The notes beneath the pieces are model-generated. The model worked only from the letters and a program-made list of their open reading frames with translations. It searched no databases and had not been told where the DNA came from. A stretch of 63,608 nucleotides of DNA, filler included, from Octopus bimaculoides (Eukaryota), in assembly GCF_001194135.2 (NCBI RefSeq). It is 6 parts of 6 records of this genome, joined end to end, with 100 filler letters (N's around TTAATTAATTAA, not from the genome) between each part and the next. Parts side by side here need not be neighbours in the genome. Positions count along the whole stretch, not along the records: positions 49,454 to 52,601 come from NC_068992.1; positions 52,702 to 60,710 come from NC_068989.1; positions 60,811 to 63,608 come from NC_068996.1; 3 more parts are not named here. The stretch is one strand, 5' to 3'. Positions 50,241-61,811 of the stretch are shown here, piece after piece (position 1 is the first letter of the stretch; every line of letters begins with the position of its first letter). The position numbers and the translations under genes are program-made.

Positions 50241-51333
50241 TGATGAAGGATGTGCAATGCAAACCAGCCTCTTTACCAATCAGACTTAGTAGGTTGCAAG
50301 TTTACTCACCGATGGCCCAACAATGTAACAGGTTGTACTGAGTTACAGGTTACCAGTGATACTAAAAGTAACCTGTTATAAATTCATACAATCATTCATT
50401 CATATACGCATGCATGGATGCACACATACATACATGCGTTCACATTCATATCTATATACATATATACATGCACATCATTGTGAAGGAAACTACTTGTCTA
50501 CATAGCCATGCTTGCACCTATAAAGATTCAATAACTTTTTAAAAATTAAATATCTTAAAAGGTGCTTAATTATCAGGAATAATAGGAAATTATATTATTG
50601 AAACTTATGATTTAAAGCTGTATTAATTACAAGGCCATATTAATAATATTATAGACTTTTATAATTTTATAATTTTTATATATACTTATAGATTTTGCTT
50701 CATTGATTTTGTTTATATATTTATAAATAATGTTTGTAAAATATAATTATTTTATATTCATAAGAAATATTTTAAATAAATTAAACTTTTGATATATATT
50801 TATAGATTGTTTTGTGCTGTAAGTTTTTGGAGTATTTAATTTCCATAGCTCATATTCTTCTAAGTCACAGATCGCAAGAGAAATACTTAATGAACAATTC
50901 AACAGTGTTTGCATTTCTTCACTCATTCACATTGAAATTGATGAGCAGCTTGATGCCATGTGTCTCTGCAACCAATTCTGCAGAGACATGACAACCAGCA
51001 GTTAAAGAAAAAACAACAAAACAAAGCAAAGTATAGTATCAACATTAGGTAAAATGAGATTGAACTAGGCAATAGTCTTGAATGTTCATCTTTAATCTTA
51101 TATCTTTCACTTGTTTCACTCATTAAGCTGTGGCCATACTGGAGCACCACCTTGAAAGGTTCAGTCAAATAAACCAACCCCAGGACTTATATTTTAAGCC
51201 TGATACTTATTATATTGCTATCTTGGGGCTAAATCACTAAGCTATGGGAATGTAAACAAATGAACATCAGTTGTCAGGCAGTGGTAGTGGGTACAACTAC
51301 AAACATAAAGACAAATGAACAGACAGACAGACA

Positions 51334-51396
<63 letters not shown>

Positions 51397-51484
51397 ATAT
51401 ACATGTGTGTGTGTGTGTGTGTGTGTTTGTTTGTCTTTATTTTGTGCTTGTCCATTTACTACCAGCCAGCTTGCTCTAATATGT

Positions 51485-52170
51485 AGCAACAAAGATGCTT
51501 TGGACCATAAGGAGTGGCAGTCACTATGTCAAACATGATGCATGAACTAGGGACTGATAGGAACAATGATGCCTCATTTAATGTACATATGACCAAGATG
51601 CTGGCAATATGCAAGCAAATAGTCAGATGGATTCTGAGAACTTTAAGAACAAAGGACCAGGAAACTATGTTGGTACAGTGGATGACATTTGTCTCAGCCA
51701 TCTAGACATCTACTGCTCTCAACTATGGTCACCCCACAGTGTCAAACTAATAATGGAACTTGGGACAGTTCAGTAGTGCTATATCAAGAAGACTACATCG
51801 AAGGAACATGTGAGCCACAGGGAGAAGCTTAAAGAATTATGACTCTACTCCCTGGAGTGAAAATGGCAGAGATATGCAGTGATATGCATAAGGAAGATCC
51901 TAGAGAGGTTGGCATCAAACTTTCCCTGAACTGGGTGTCACTGCATTGTGCCAAAGGTCCCACCCATCCTGTCTAGAGTGAGGGTTAGGTACTGCAATAG
52001 CTTGGGATTCAAAGGTCCAAAGCTATTTGATATCTTACCAAAAAACCTGAGATCTACATGAGTAGATGTTTTTCAGTAAGCACCTTGATCTTCAGCTGAC
52101 CAAGATCCCAGGTGAACCTACATCATGGCAAGGAACTCAAAAGAGGATAGTAATATCAAACTCCTTCATT
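51485..52170 (+). mobile_element. CR1-clade LINE C-terminal fragment
   Basis: ELGTDRNNDASFNVHMTKM...WILRTLRTKDQETMLV..TFV, then SQLWSPHSVKL...EKLKEL.LYSLE...RYAVI. This is the CR1-type post-RT region, with stops and frameshifts. Confidence 0.75.
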
Positions 52171-52316
52171 CACCAAAAGCCAATCACATAAGAGTGGGTG
52201 TTAAAAAGGTGATGATATTGGCAGTGCCACAGCATGTCCATTGCTTTTAGGCTGAAATGCATTAAAGAATAAAAGAATAAAAGAATACATACATTACATA
52301 CATAATACGTAAATGT

Positions 52317-52372
<56 letters not shown>

Positions 52373-52601
52373 CAGGTCATTAAGAATGAAATATCCAATT
52401 TTCTTATGCACCAAGTTTGACATTTGTTAACTAATGTTTTATCCTGACAATTCTTTGTTTTACAACATTGAAGAGTTACAGCATCACTTTTCTAAATGCA
52501 ATTCATGGTGTCTGACTATATTGCGAGTTTTCTCTTGTAAATCAATTTTTGTGAACCCATGGGTAAATCAAAAATTCATGTTGTTTATGAAGATGAGTTC
52601 C

Positions 52602-52701
52602 NNNNNNNNNNNNNNNNNNNNNNNNNNNNNNNNNNNNNNNNNNNNTTAATTAATTAANNNNNNNNNNNNNNNNNNNNNNNNNNNNNNNNNNNNNNNNNNN
52701 N
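52602..52701. other. Artificial 100-bp join spacer
   Basis: 44 N + TTAATTAATTAA (52646-52657) + 44 N. Confidence 0.95.
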
Positions 52702-54130
52702 ATATAACAATACTCACAATACTCCCCCTATCATAAACCTCAGCGTACACTCTAATCACCACAAATCTACTTTTGATAACATAGTCATGGCTATTTCAAC
52801 CCGCATATCTGATCTATCCTCTTGCTAGGAAATCTTCAACAATCACGCTCCATACTACAATCAAGCTCTCGCCGCTAGTGCTTTCTCCCAACAAATAAAA
52901 TACATCCATAACACCAGACTTATACAATTTATATCCCAAATCACATCCCAAAGACATACCAATCATCACAACCGCAACCAACCACCCACATTTTCCAACA
53001 GACCCCACAAACACACTTATAATACTAGGGCTAAATCTAAGATAAATAAAGCAATTAGCAACACCAAAAATGTGGATAACTCTTCTCCACCTTAATACTT
53101 AGATTATAATGTACACAGAACCCCCTAAAAAAGCGGTGGCTGCTCTATACTGTGGTATACCCCCCCATTCTCACTTAACACTAAGAACTTAACTAAATCT
53201 TTCTTCAAAATACTTGACTCAAACTTCCCCCGACAACATAAATACCATTCTATATTTTACAGATCCACTTTGAAATTGTCGTATTCAACCATGCCTAGCT
53301 TTGAATCTATTATAGCAACTTCTAATAAACATAAACTCTCACTCTATCATCAAAACTCACACAACTATAACTATGGTAATACTAGCACTCAGCACATGCA
53401 TATACCCAACATAGACATTCATATACGTACATCTAACACTGACACTTGTACACTTGAACACGACCATAATAGATCCCAGTCCACTAGTATACCCAGAAAT
53501 AATACTACTATATCTTATAATAATAACAACAGAGGGAATAATAACTATAACAGTAATGATTGCATTGATCTAGATTCCTCTGCATCCTCATATAACATAT
53601 ACTCCAACAATATTGCCTCATCCACCACAGAACACAACCCCCAAGTGTCATCTACTTGTAACTGTCGATCCGGGACAATCTGCCCGCTGCAAACGCATTG
53701 CGTAAGATATAACATAATATATAAATGCACTGTAACCAATCTGCTACATAACTCTACAGCTGCATACATAGGTTCAACTAAAAATTTCAAGCAACGCTAT
53801 GCAGCCCACCTTCACTCTTTTAGATATGACAAACATGGCAAATCTACAACACTAGCCAACCACATTCACCACCTCAACAACACAAATACCCAGTATACTT
53901 TAACATGATCCATTCTGGACTCTGGAATTCCATACCAAGGCCAGCGCTCTAATTGCAAGCTTTGCTTGAAGGAGGCGTTCCATATTTTAAGATACAATTC
54001 TCCCACACTACTTAATCAATATAACAAAGCACTTAGCACCTGTAATCACTGTTTCTTCCATACATTCAAATTCTATAACAGACACAAATGCACAAATGAC
54101 CACACAACGTACTCCCACAACTCCCCATAG
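52702..54130 (+). mobile_element. Penelope-like retroelement, RT C-terminus + C-terminal GIY-YIG endonuclease
   Basis: TCNCRSGTICPLQTHC..NIIYKCTV...AYIGSTKNFKQRYAAHLHSF...TTLANHI...YTLT*SIL...CKLCLKEAFHI. The frame 53270-54130 is open except for one TGA at 53906-53908. The 5' part is cut by the join. Confidence 0.85.
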
Positions 54131-55589
54131 GTAACCCCAACCAACTTGAGTTAGCAAATAGGTCCCCCTTCTACCATCTTTAAAATAGGTTTCAGCTCTG
54201 TTTATGGAACATTATCACTACTAACTTTGCTCTCTTATTTTACTTCTTTCCTTTAATACTATTCTTGGAATGCCACCAACACCATCACCACCTACAGGTT
54301 CCTTCCTATCCTGACACTGTACACAATTATAAATACCTCCCTCTTACTTCTCCACATTACCTCTCCATACTCCTTTTCTCTACCTATCCATTTCTTCACT
54401 AAACTTATACTTCCACCCCCATCTTCTTCCCTTTGTTCTCTCTCCTTCTTCCTTCCTTACTGTCAGTATAATTGACCTCACAATCGCCTACTACTAGCAA
54501 CAGTATCTCCATTTCTCCCTTAAATTATTTCCTCCTCCTTTCCTTCCTGTCTTAAGGCTTAACCTCTTAATCCTACACACATCTTTCACTCGCTTCGGAC
54601 TATCCTTTAAGTAAACAATGCACAGAGTAAACTGGATACAATATGATATATATCCACTTTTGCAACTACAATTATCCCCGGAAAATACCCACATGGATTC
54701 TTTACATGGATATTTACTGTTGGAATGGAACTATACTCCAAGTANNNNNNNNNNNNNNNNNNNNNNNNNNNNNNNNNNNNNNNNNNNNNNNNNNNNNNNN
54801 NNNNNNNNNNNNNNNNNNNNNNNNNNNNNNNNNNNNNNNNNNNNCGTCCAACCTATGCTAGCATGGAAAGCGGACGTTAAATGATGATGATGATCATGAA
54901 TATATAGTAGTCTGAATGGTGTGTGTATGGCAGTTATGGTGGTGATGGTGGTGGTACTGGTGATGGTAATGGTTAAAAACAATCAAAAGAGAGAAAGAGA
55001 GAGAGAGGGAAAGAAAGTGGTTAGAGAAAAAAAAATTGTACTGACCCCTGAATGGGGAGAGAAAATTTTTTTTTTTTTTTATCATGTCACTTTACAATAA
55101 GTTCCAAGTCAGCAAATTATATCATTGTTTTAATGAAAATTGTTCATTTCTTGAAAAATTTTGATCAAGTTTAATAATATTTAATATGTACTCAATGCAT
55201 GAAGTGTCATTTGTTGAGCCCAAGGCCCAAAAAAACCTCTCTACAGGAGCTAGCTTTAAAGATGCCTGATAGGGCAGCTTTAAAGATGCCTGATAGGGCA
55301 GCTTTTCCGCTAGTATATATATATATATATATATATATATGAGCATCCCAATCGATCAATACCCCCTTCATGTCACCTTCCCCCTCCATCATATCATCCA
55401 CTGCCACTCTCCTTCACCACCATCATGATATCACTTTTCTCTCTCTTGCTACCCAGAGCCATTTCACTTGTTGGCCATTCTTTATCCATTAGCATTGTTC
55501 TCCACAACCATATGTTACAATGGTCATCCCCTCCTGGGCTATCAAATTATCTTTCCTCTGCATTACACACCACACACATGATGGACTTA

Positions 55590-55735
55590 TTTCAGTTTCT
55601 CTCCTGCAAATCCACTCACAATGCTTTGGTTAGCCTGGTTATAGCAGAAGACACTTTCCTAAGGGACCACACAGTGGAACTGAACCCAGAACCATGTGGT
55701 TGGGAAGGAAACATCTTATCACACAGCCATCACTG
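55590..55735 (-). mobile_element. SINE family B, 5' half
   Basis: tttcagtttctctcctgcaaatccactcacaatgctttggtt...gaactgaacccagaaccatgtggttggg. Confidence 0.7.
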
Positions 55736-55759
55736 AGCATATATATAATAGAGAAAAAA

Positions 55760-56110
55760 ATTGTTGAAGTTGCTAAGGAAGCTGAAAGTTTTGCCGTATT
55801 AATTGAAACCTATGATGCTTTTAACAAAAGACTTAATTGCTTTTATCTATTTTCTTTTTAAGGCATTGAAAGAAGCTGTAAGATTACAGAGAGTAAGAAT
55901 ATTTAAGCTAACAGATTCTGTTGTAAATAATGAATACTCAGAATTTTCTATTGAAAATCACAGAAAATGAGATTTTCTAACCAAAACAGCTACTACTTTG
56001 GATCCCATTTATAAATGAGCATTGAATCAGTGATTAAATCTAGAATATGATGGTTGTATTCAATATACAGTTCATTTAGTCATAACTTCTAAAGTTATCT
56101 ATATAAAAGG
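55760..56110 (+). mobile_element. Possible hAT transposase remnant
   Basis: KIVEVAKEAESFAVLIETYDA resembles the hAT segment I.EEVK.AKYFAV..DET.D. The rest is too decayed to read. Confidence 0.35.
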
Positions 56111-57314
56111 CTCGCAGAATATCCACTCTAAGTGTTTATCTAAATATTAGGTTAATGACACGTACATTATTTTAGTATACAATTTAATGTTGAAAAGTAT
56201 TTCATAAATAATTTTAGTATGTTGCTTTACTGATGCAAAGTAATATTTTATGAGCTTATTGAATAATTTGGGTATTTTCAGTTTGTCTGCACTTTTTGAA
56301 ATTTTAAAATTAAGTGAAAATTTTCAAATTTGGTACATTAATGTAATTTTTCATGCTGAATCTCAGGGCCTAATTCACTTGTTCCAGAAAAAATTATTTT
56401 TAAAGTTAGATAATTTTTACTCAGTTGGAATACAGGATTTAGAAGCTGTCATTTTGTGTGTGAATGCAATTGTAAGACGACAAACATTGCAATGGTAGCA
56501 TGTTTTAAGCATTTAATAAATGATAAATGAGCACAAAATGAGTAAACAACACATATTTTTTAGTTTTACACAAATATGCATTTCATGCGAAAAAGAGAGC
56601 AAATAACACATTTTGTAGTTTTAATAGCAGAAAAAATTGGGTACAAGCAGGAAAATACAGCGTAAAATATCAGTTTGTAAGCATGTGGGTTTTCATAAAT
56701 GCTTTTCCAACACTTGTTACTATGGAAACAGGCACTTATATGTCTGTGGCTTTTGATAGGTTAAAATTGCCCAAAATTTGTGGACTTTAAAAGCTATCAA
56801 CTGTTTATTTATTGATTTATGTTGAAAATGAATTTCATATCAATATTGAGCATACAAAACTACACCAAATTTGAAATTGATTGGAACAAAATTGAAGAAA
56901 TTCAAAAGTGGCAGCCAAACAGAAAAGATCCAAGAATTTCAAATGAAAATTGTTTTGAATTTTTTAAAATATATTTTTATATAAGCAATATGATAATATT
57001 GGTTCGTTGATGGCTATCAATTAATGGCCGTAAGGAACTAGTACCTGTACATCCATTTATATTTTTGCTCAATCGCTCATTTGTTTCTATATACTTATAT
57101 GTATTCACACCCTTGTCTAAAAAGTTGCCAGCTTTTTCCACTCGCTAATCTGTATAACTCATACATGTGTGTGTATCTCTCATTTTAACATTTTTTTACT
57201 TGGGTTTCCATTACTGACATTTTATGTTATAAAACCAATACTAATATTCTACTTTTCAAAGTTTGTTGTTATTCTTTCCATTGTTTTGATGATTGATTTC
57301 TGTACATTCTCTAG

Positions 57315-57497
57315 GCTTGTCCCACTTTTAGCACAAATTTATAAGGACCATACCAAAGTGCTATGCCCCAAAATTGATGCCATTGATAACAAGGATCTTG
57401 AATATTCAAATAATAATGGAATTGCAGCTGGTGGCTTTAGCTGGTCCTTACATTTCACTTGGGATCCAATATCACGGTTTGATGTTGAGCCTCTTAG
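57315..57497 (+). CDS. Polypeptide N-acetylgalactosaminyltransferase (GALNT/pgant, GT27), internal catalytic-domain exon (partial gene)
   Basis: ttctctAG|G CTT GTC... encodes (W)LVPLLAQIYKDHTKVLCPKIDAIDNKDLEY...GGFSWSLHFTWDPISRFDVEPL(R), then AG|GTAATG. Matches the family motif WLEPLLARI...VVCPIIDVI...GGF.W.L.F.W...P.R. Phase 2-2, 183 nt. Confidence 0.9.
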
Positions 57498-58854
57498 GTA
57501 ATGTTTTTTTTTAACTAAAGTAAATAGAGATACTAGATTGTTAATTTCTCCTTCAAATTTCATTTCCAATTCTTTGGCCATAAACTATAAAGTTTTTCTC
57601 ATCAGATATTCAGTTTTATCATAATTACCATCATTGATCTCTCCACAGTTGATAAAATACTTGTATTGTGTACCATGGCTATGTAGTTTTTTTTTTGGGG
57701 GGGGGGGTAATAGTTGGGATGGGGGTGCTGATCTTCAAAATTAAATTCAAGAATTGCCTTGTGTGTTTGAACAAGGTAAATGAAACTACTTACCTCATTC
57801 TGTGTAACTGAAATATGGTTCACTACTTTTACATTATCAGAGTTTTTCAGATAGCATCTCAGATGCTACCACACATGATCTTGAAAAAGCAGTTAAAGAC
57901 ATTGGTCTTTATGCAAATCTCCCCAATATATGATACATTTGCTACAATCAGAAGGGCTCAATAAGCACAATCAGTGTGTGTGTACATGTGTTTATGTTTC
58001 CTTGTCTTGACATTGCATGATAGTTGTAAATAAATGACACTCATACAAGCAATGTCATTCCTTTTCAATATACTACAAGAACATGTCTGGCCATGGGGAA
58101 ATATTACCTTGCTTGGAAACAGGTGATGATTGGTGACAGGAAGGGCATCCAGCCATTGAAAATCTACCTCAATAAACTGTCCAACCTATACATGCATGAA
58201 AAGCGGACATTAAAACAGTGATGATGATGAAACAAAATCCTCTAAAATTTGTACACCCCTTTATATACTGAGGAAATAACATTGCATCTACAGAAAAGGT
58301 TATAAAAATTTTGTCTCACAAAAGTATAGGTGGTTCAATGTCATCTGGAAGTCATTGCCACTTAGTAATTTTAAGAGAAGTTTCTTCCATGCTACTGTGG
58401 AATCAGTACTATTGTATGCATCCACTGATTGAACATACACTAAATACACAGGGGCAATGTGTAATGCAGCTTATATCTGCATGTTACATGCTGTTCTGAA
58501 TATTTTTGGGAAAAGCATCCAATGAAACTTACAGAGAGAGACTTTTGTATTTTACAGGACATTGTTGGAAAGCTAAGGAAGAAGTCATAAGTCAATTACT
58601 CAAATGGACACACTGCTGTCTTGCTAAGACCTTCACTGACCAGCTGTGTATAGAAAGAGGATGTTGTCCTCCTGATCTCCTGAATGCTAGCCAGAATTGT
58701 GACTGATTTGGGCAAATCCAGTTTAGCACAACTAGCTGAAAATCGCTTTTCCACAATGTAGCAGCTGCATTTTTTCTCATTTAAAGTTTTTAATTTAAAT
58801 TTTAAAAAGGAATTATCTTGTGCTTAGTTACAAATGTGAAAATACTTCATCATC

Positions 58855-59200
58855 ATCATCATCATCACTTAACATCCATTGTCCATGCTGGCATGGGTTG
58901 GACAGTTTGACTGGGCTGGCACATTGGAAGGCTGCACCAAACTCCAGTCTGATTCTGCATTGTTTTTTTATGGTTGGATGCCCTTCCTAATGCCAACCAC
59001 TCCAGGAGTGTAATGAGTGCATTTGATGTGCCACCAGCACAGGTGCCATTTGTGTGACACTGAGATGCACTTACATGCCACCAGCATGGGTACCAATTTG
59101 TGTGTCACCGGTATCTGCCACAATTGCAATTGGCTTAATGGGTCTTCTTCCCAAGCACGACATAATGCCAAAGGTCTTGGTCATTGCCTCATGAGACCCA
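58855..59200 (-). mobile_element. RTE-type 3' tail
   Basis: catcatcatcacttaacatccattgtccatgctggcatgggttggac...ggatgcccttcctaatgccaaccactcc. Confidence 0.75.
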
Positions 59201-59648
59201 ACACGAATTATTTTTCGTGTGCAATTTCTTCAGTGCTAATTTATTCCTCGTTAATTTAATTTGTATGGAATTATTCTTAAACTTTCAGCATTTTCAGTCT
59301 TAAGATTTATTAATATTACTAAATGCAGATATAAGTGTGGAGTTAAGAAACTTGCTTCCCAGTCATGTAGTTTCAGGTGCAGTGTATGGTACCTTGGGCA
59401 AGTTTCTTCTACTATAGCCTTAGGTTGACCAAAGTCTTGTGAGAAGATTTGGTAAACAGAAACGAAAAGAAGCTCATTTGTGTGTGTGTGTTTGTGACTT
59501 TGTCTTGACATCAGGTGATTGTTGTAAACAAGTGTCACCATCATACAGGTGATGTTCAGGGAAAAACATACCTGACTATAGGATAATATTACCTTTCTTG
59601 GAAGCAGGTGAGGGTTGGTAGCAGGAGAGGCATCTGACTATAGAAAGT

Positions 59649-59757
59649 CTGCTGCTGCTGCTGCTTCTTCTTCTTCTTCTTCTTCTTCTTCTTCTTCTTC
59701 TTCTTCTTCTTCTTCTTCTTCTTCTTCTTCTTCTTCTTCTTCTTCTTCTTCTTCTTC
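59649..59757. repeat. (CTG)n(CTT)n trinucleotide repeat
   Basis: Directly visible; source of the poly-R and poly-K spurious ORFs. Confidence 0.95.
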
Positions 59758-60356
59758 TCAATAGATAGATACATAGATGTTTCCACAAACAATTCTCAAA
59801 AATCTTTAAAATGAGAATTTAACAAATTTAGGAAAATTTTTCTTCTTCCCTTTATGTTTGCCCATGTGTTTTGACTTTGCATCGAGCATATGTGTTATAG
59901 TTCTTCATTTCTTAATGCTGCTGCAATAGTTAGTTGCAATGATCTGATCTGATCTAGTGTGATTGACTTCACATTATGAATACCTTTTGTTTGGGTTATT
60001 CTGAAGTTATGATTTTTCTTTCTTTTTTATATACATATTGCATTGTCAGGATTTTTTTCACTTGTTTGGTCTCCTTGTTATATTGTATATAGATACTAGT
60101 AGAGATACCCGGCCTTGCTCAGGATTAAAATGGCAGAGTTTTTTTATTGTTTTACTTGTTTCAGTCATGTGACTGTGGCCATGTTGAAGCACCGCTGTTC
60201 ATCCAGCAAATCGACCACAGGTTCTATTCTTTGTAAGCCTAGTACTTATTCTGTACGACAGTCTACTTTCAGTTTCCATGTGCGCAATCCACTCACAAAG
60301 CTTTGGTTGGCCTGAGGCTATAATATGTATATATATATCCATATATATATATATAT

Positions 60357-60710
60357 CGGGAAAGCCCCCGGCCCATCAGGAATCACTGCAGAGATGCTCA
60401 AAATATCTGGCAGTGTTGGCTATAGCCTAGTCACCCGTATTACGAACCAGGTGATACACGAAGGAGTCATACCCTATGACTGGTGTAGCAGCATCATAGT
60501 CAACTGCTACAAAGGTAAAGGGGACGCTTTAGATACAAATAATTACAGAGGCATCAAGCTGTTAGATCAGGTTATGAAAGTTACAGAGAGGGTCATAGCC
60601 CAACTAATTAGGGAGCGAATCAATTTAGATGAGATGCAGTTTGGGTTCGTGCCAGGTAAAAGCACTACTGATGCCTTATTTCTAGTGAGACAGTTGCAAG
60701 AGAAATACCT
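60357..60710 (+). mobile_element. RTE LINE reverse transcriptase fragment, open frame
   Basis: GKAPGPSGITAEMLK...YKGKGD...NYRGIKLL..VMKV.ER...QFGFVPGKSTTDALFLVRQLQEKY, with no stops, cut by the join spacer. Confidence 0.92.
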
Positions 60711-60810
60711 NNNNNNNNNNNNNNNNNNNNNNNNNNNNNNNNNNNNNNNNNNNNTTAATTAATTAANNNNNNNNNNNNNNNNNNNNNNNNNNNNNNNNNN
60801 NNNNNNNNNN
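60711..60810. other. Artificial 100-bp join spacer
   Basis: 44 N + TTAATTAATTAA (60755-60766) + 44 N. Confidence 0.95.
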
Positions 60811-60861
<51 letters not shown>

Positions 60862-60868
60862 GCATATG

Positions 60869-60899
<31 letters not shown>

Positions 60900-61165
60900 A
60901 TGTGTGTGTGTGTGTGTGTGTCTGTGTGGGCGACTATATGTATATACATATATGTATATGTGTGTTTGTGTATGTATGTATGTCTGTATGCGTTCGCGTT
61001 CACACACATACACACACATTCACACATGCTCACTGATGCATACATATGTACATAGATACACGCTCTGAAATATGAATTCTTTATATTCTATTGAGGCGTT
61101 TGTTAAATTCATGTACTAATGAATATGTTCTTTATATCTATAAAATCTTATTTCTTTCATCTTTC

Positions 61166-61403
61166 TTGTTGTTGTTGTTGTTGTTGTTGTTCTTCTTCTT
61201 CTTCTTCTTCTTCTTCTTCTTCTTCTTCTTCTTCTTCTTCTTCTTCTTCTTTTTATTCTCCTCCTCCTCCTTCTTCTTCGTCTTCTTTTTCTTCTTCTTC
61301 TTATTCTTCTTCTTCTTCTTATTATTATTATTATCATCATCATCATCATCATCATCATTATCATCATCATCATCATTATTATTATTACTATTATTATTAT
61401 TAT
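61166..61403. repeat. Compound trinucleotide array (GTT, CTT, CCT, CTT, ATT, ATC, ATT)
   Basis: Directly visible. Confidence 0.95.
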
Positions 61404-61575
61404 TAGCACGCTGGACAAAATGCTTAGCAGTATATCGACCGTCGGTACGTTTTGAATCCAAATTCTGCTGAGGTCGACTTTGCCTTTCATATAAGATAAG
61501 TTCCAGCTGAATGCTGGGGTCATTGTGATCGAGTATCCGCCTCCTACAAAGTTTCAGGCCTTGTTTCTATAGTAG
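61404..61575 (+). mobile_element. SINE family A
   Basis: ttagcacgctggacaaaatgcttagc...aaattctgctgaggtcgactttgcctttcat. Confidence 0.75.
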
Positions 61576-61599
61576 ATAAGATTATTATCATTATATAAT

Positions 61600-61742
61600 T
61601 TATTATGTATTTTTAAAACAACACAGACATTTAGATTGATAGAGTTTTGCTAAGGATGTTTGCAGTACTTTTCAGCACAAACTTTTGGATTTCTCTGAGA
61701 CATGGTTCTCCTGGGATGTTGTCTAGATGTTTCTGACATTCC

Positions 61743-61744
<2 letters not shown>
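61600..61744 (-). mobile_element. R4/Dong-like RLE LINE, very short 3' fragment (copy B)
   Basis: Minus strand reads KECQKHLDNIPGEPCLREIQKFVLKSTANILSKTLSI*, homologous to the C-terminus of copy A. Confidence 0.8.

Positions 61745-61810
<66 letters not shown>

Positions 61811-61811
<1 letters not shown>

Noticed and set aside
50923-50990. Minus-strand acceptor with short terminal frames (e.g. ELVAETHGIKLLINFNVNE*)
   Set aside because: All three frames close within about 20 codons, nothing is recognisable, and no linked exons were found.
25694-57497. PPIE exon 1, MCT exon and GALNT exon as a fusion gene or same-strand nested genes
   Set aside because: Artificial join spacers separate them, and the PPIE donor (phase 1) does not fit the MCT acceptor (phase 0).
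57794-57807. Minus-strand 14-nt micro-exon (tttcAG|TTACACAGAATGAG|GTAAGT)
   Set aside because: The splice signals are good but there is no partner exon or homology; chance occurrence is plausible without RNA data.
3976-61523. Many long ORFs in the supplied track made of X runs or YI/CV/HT/poly-K/R/S
   Set aside because: They translate N gaps or di/tri/tetranucleotide microsatellites.
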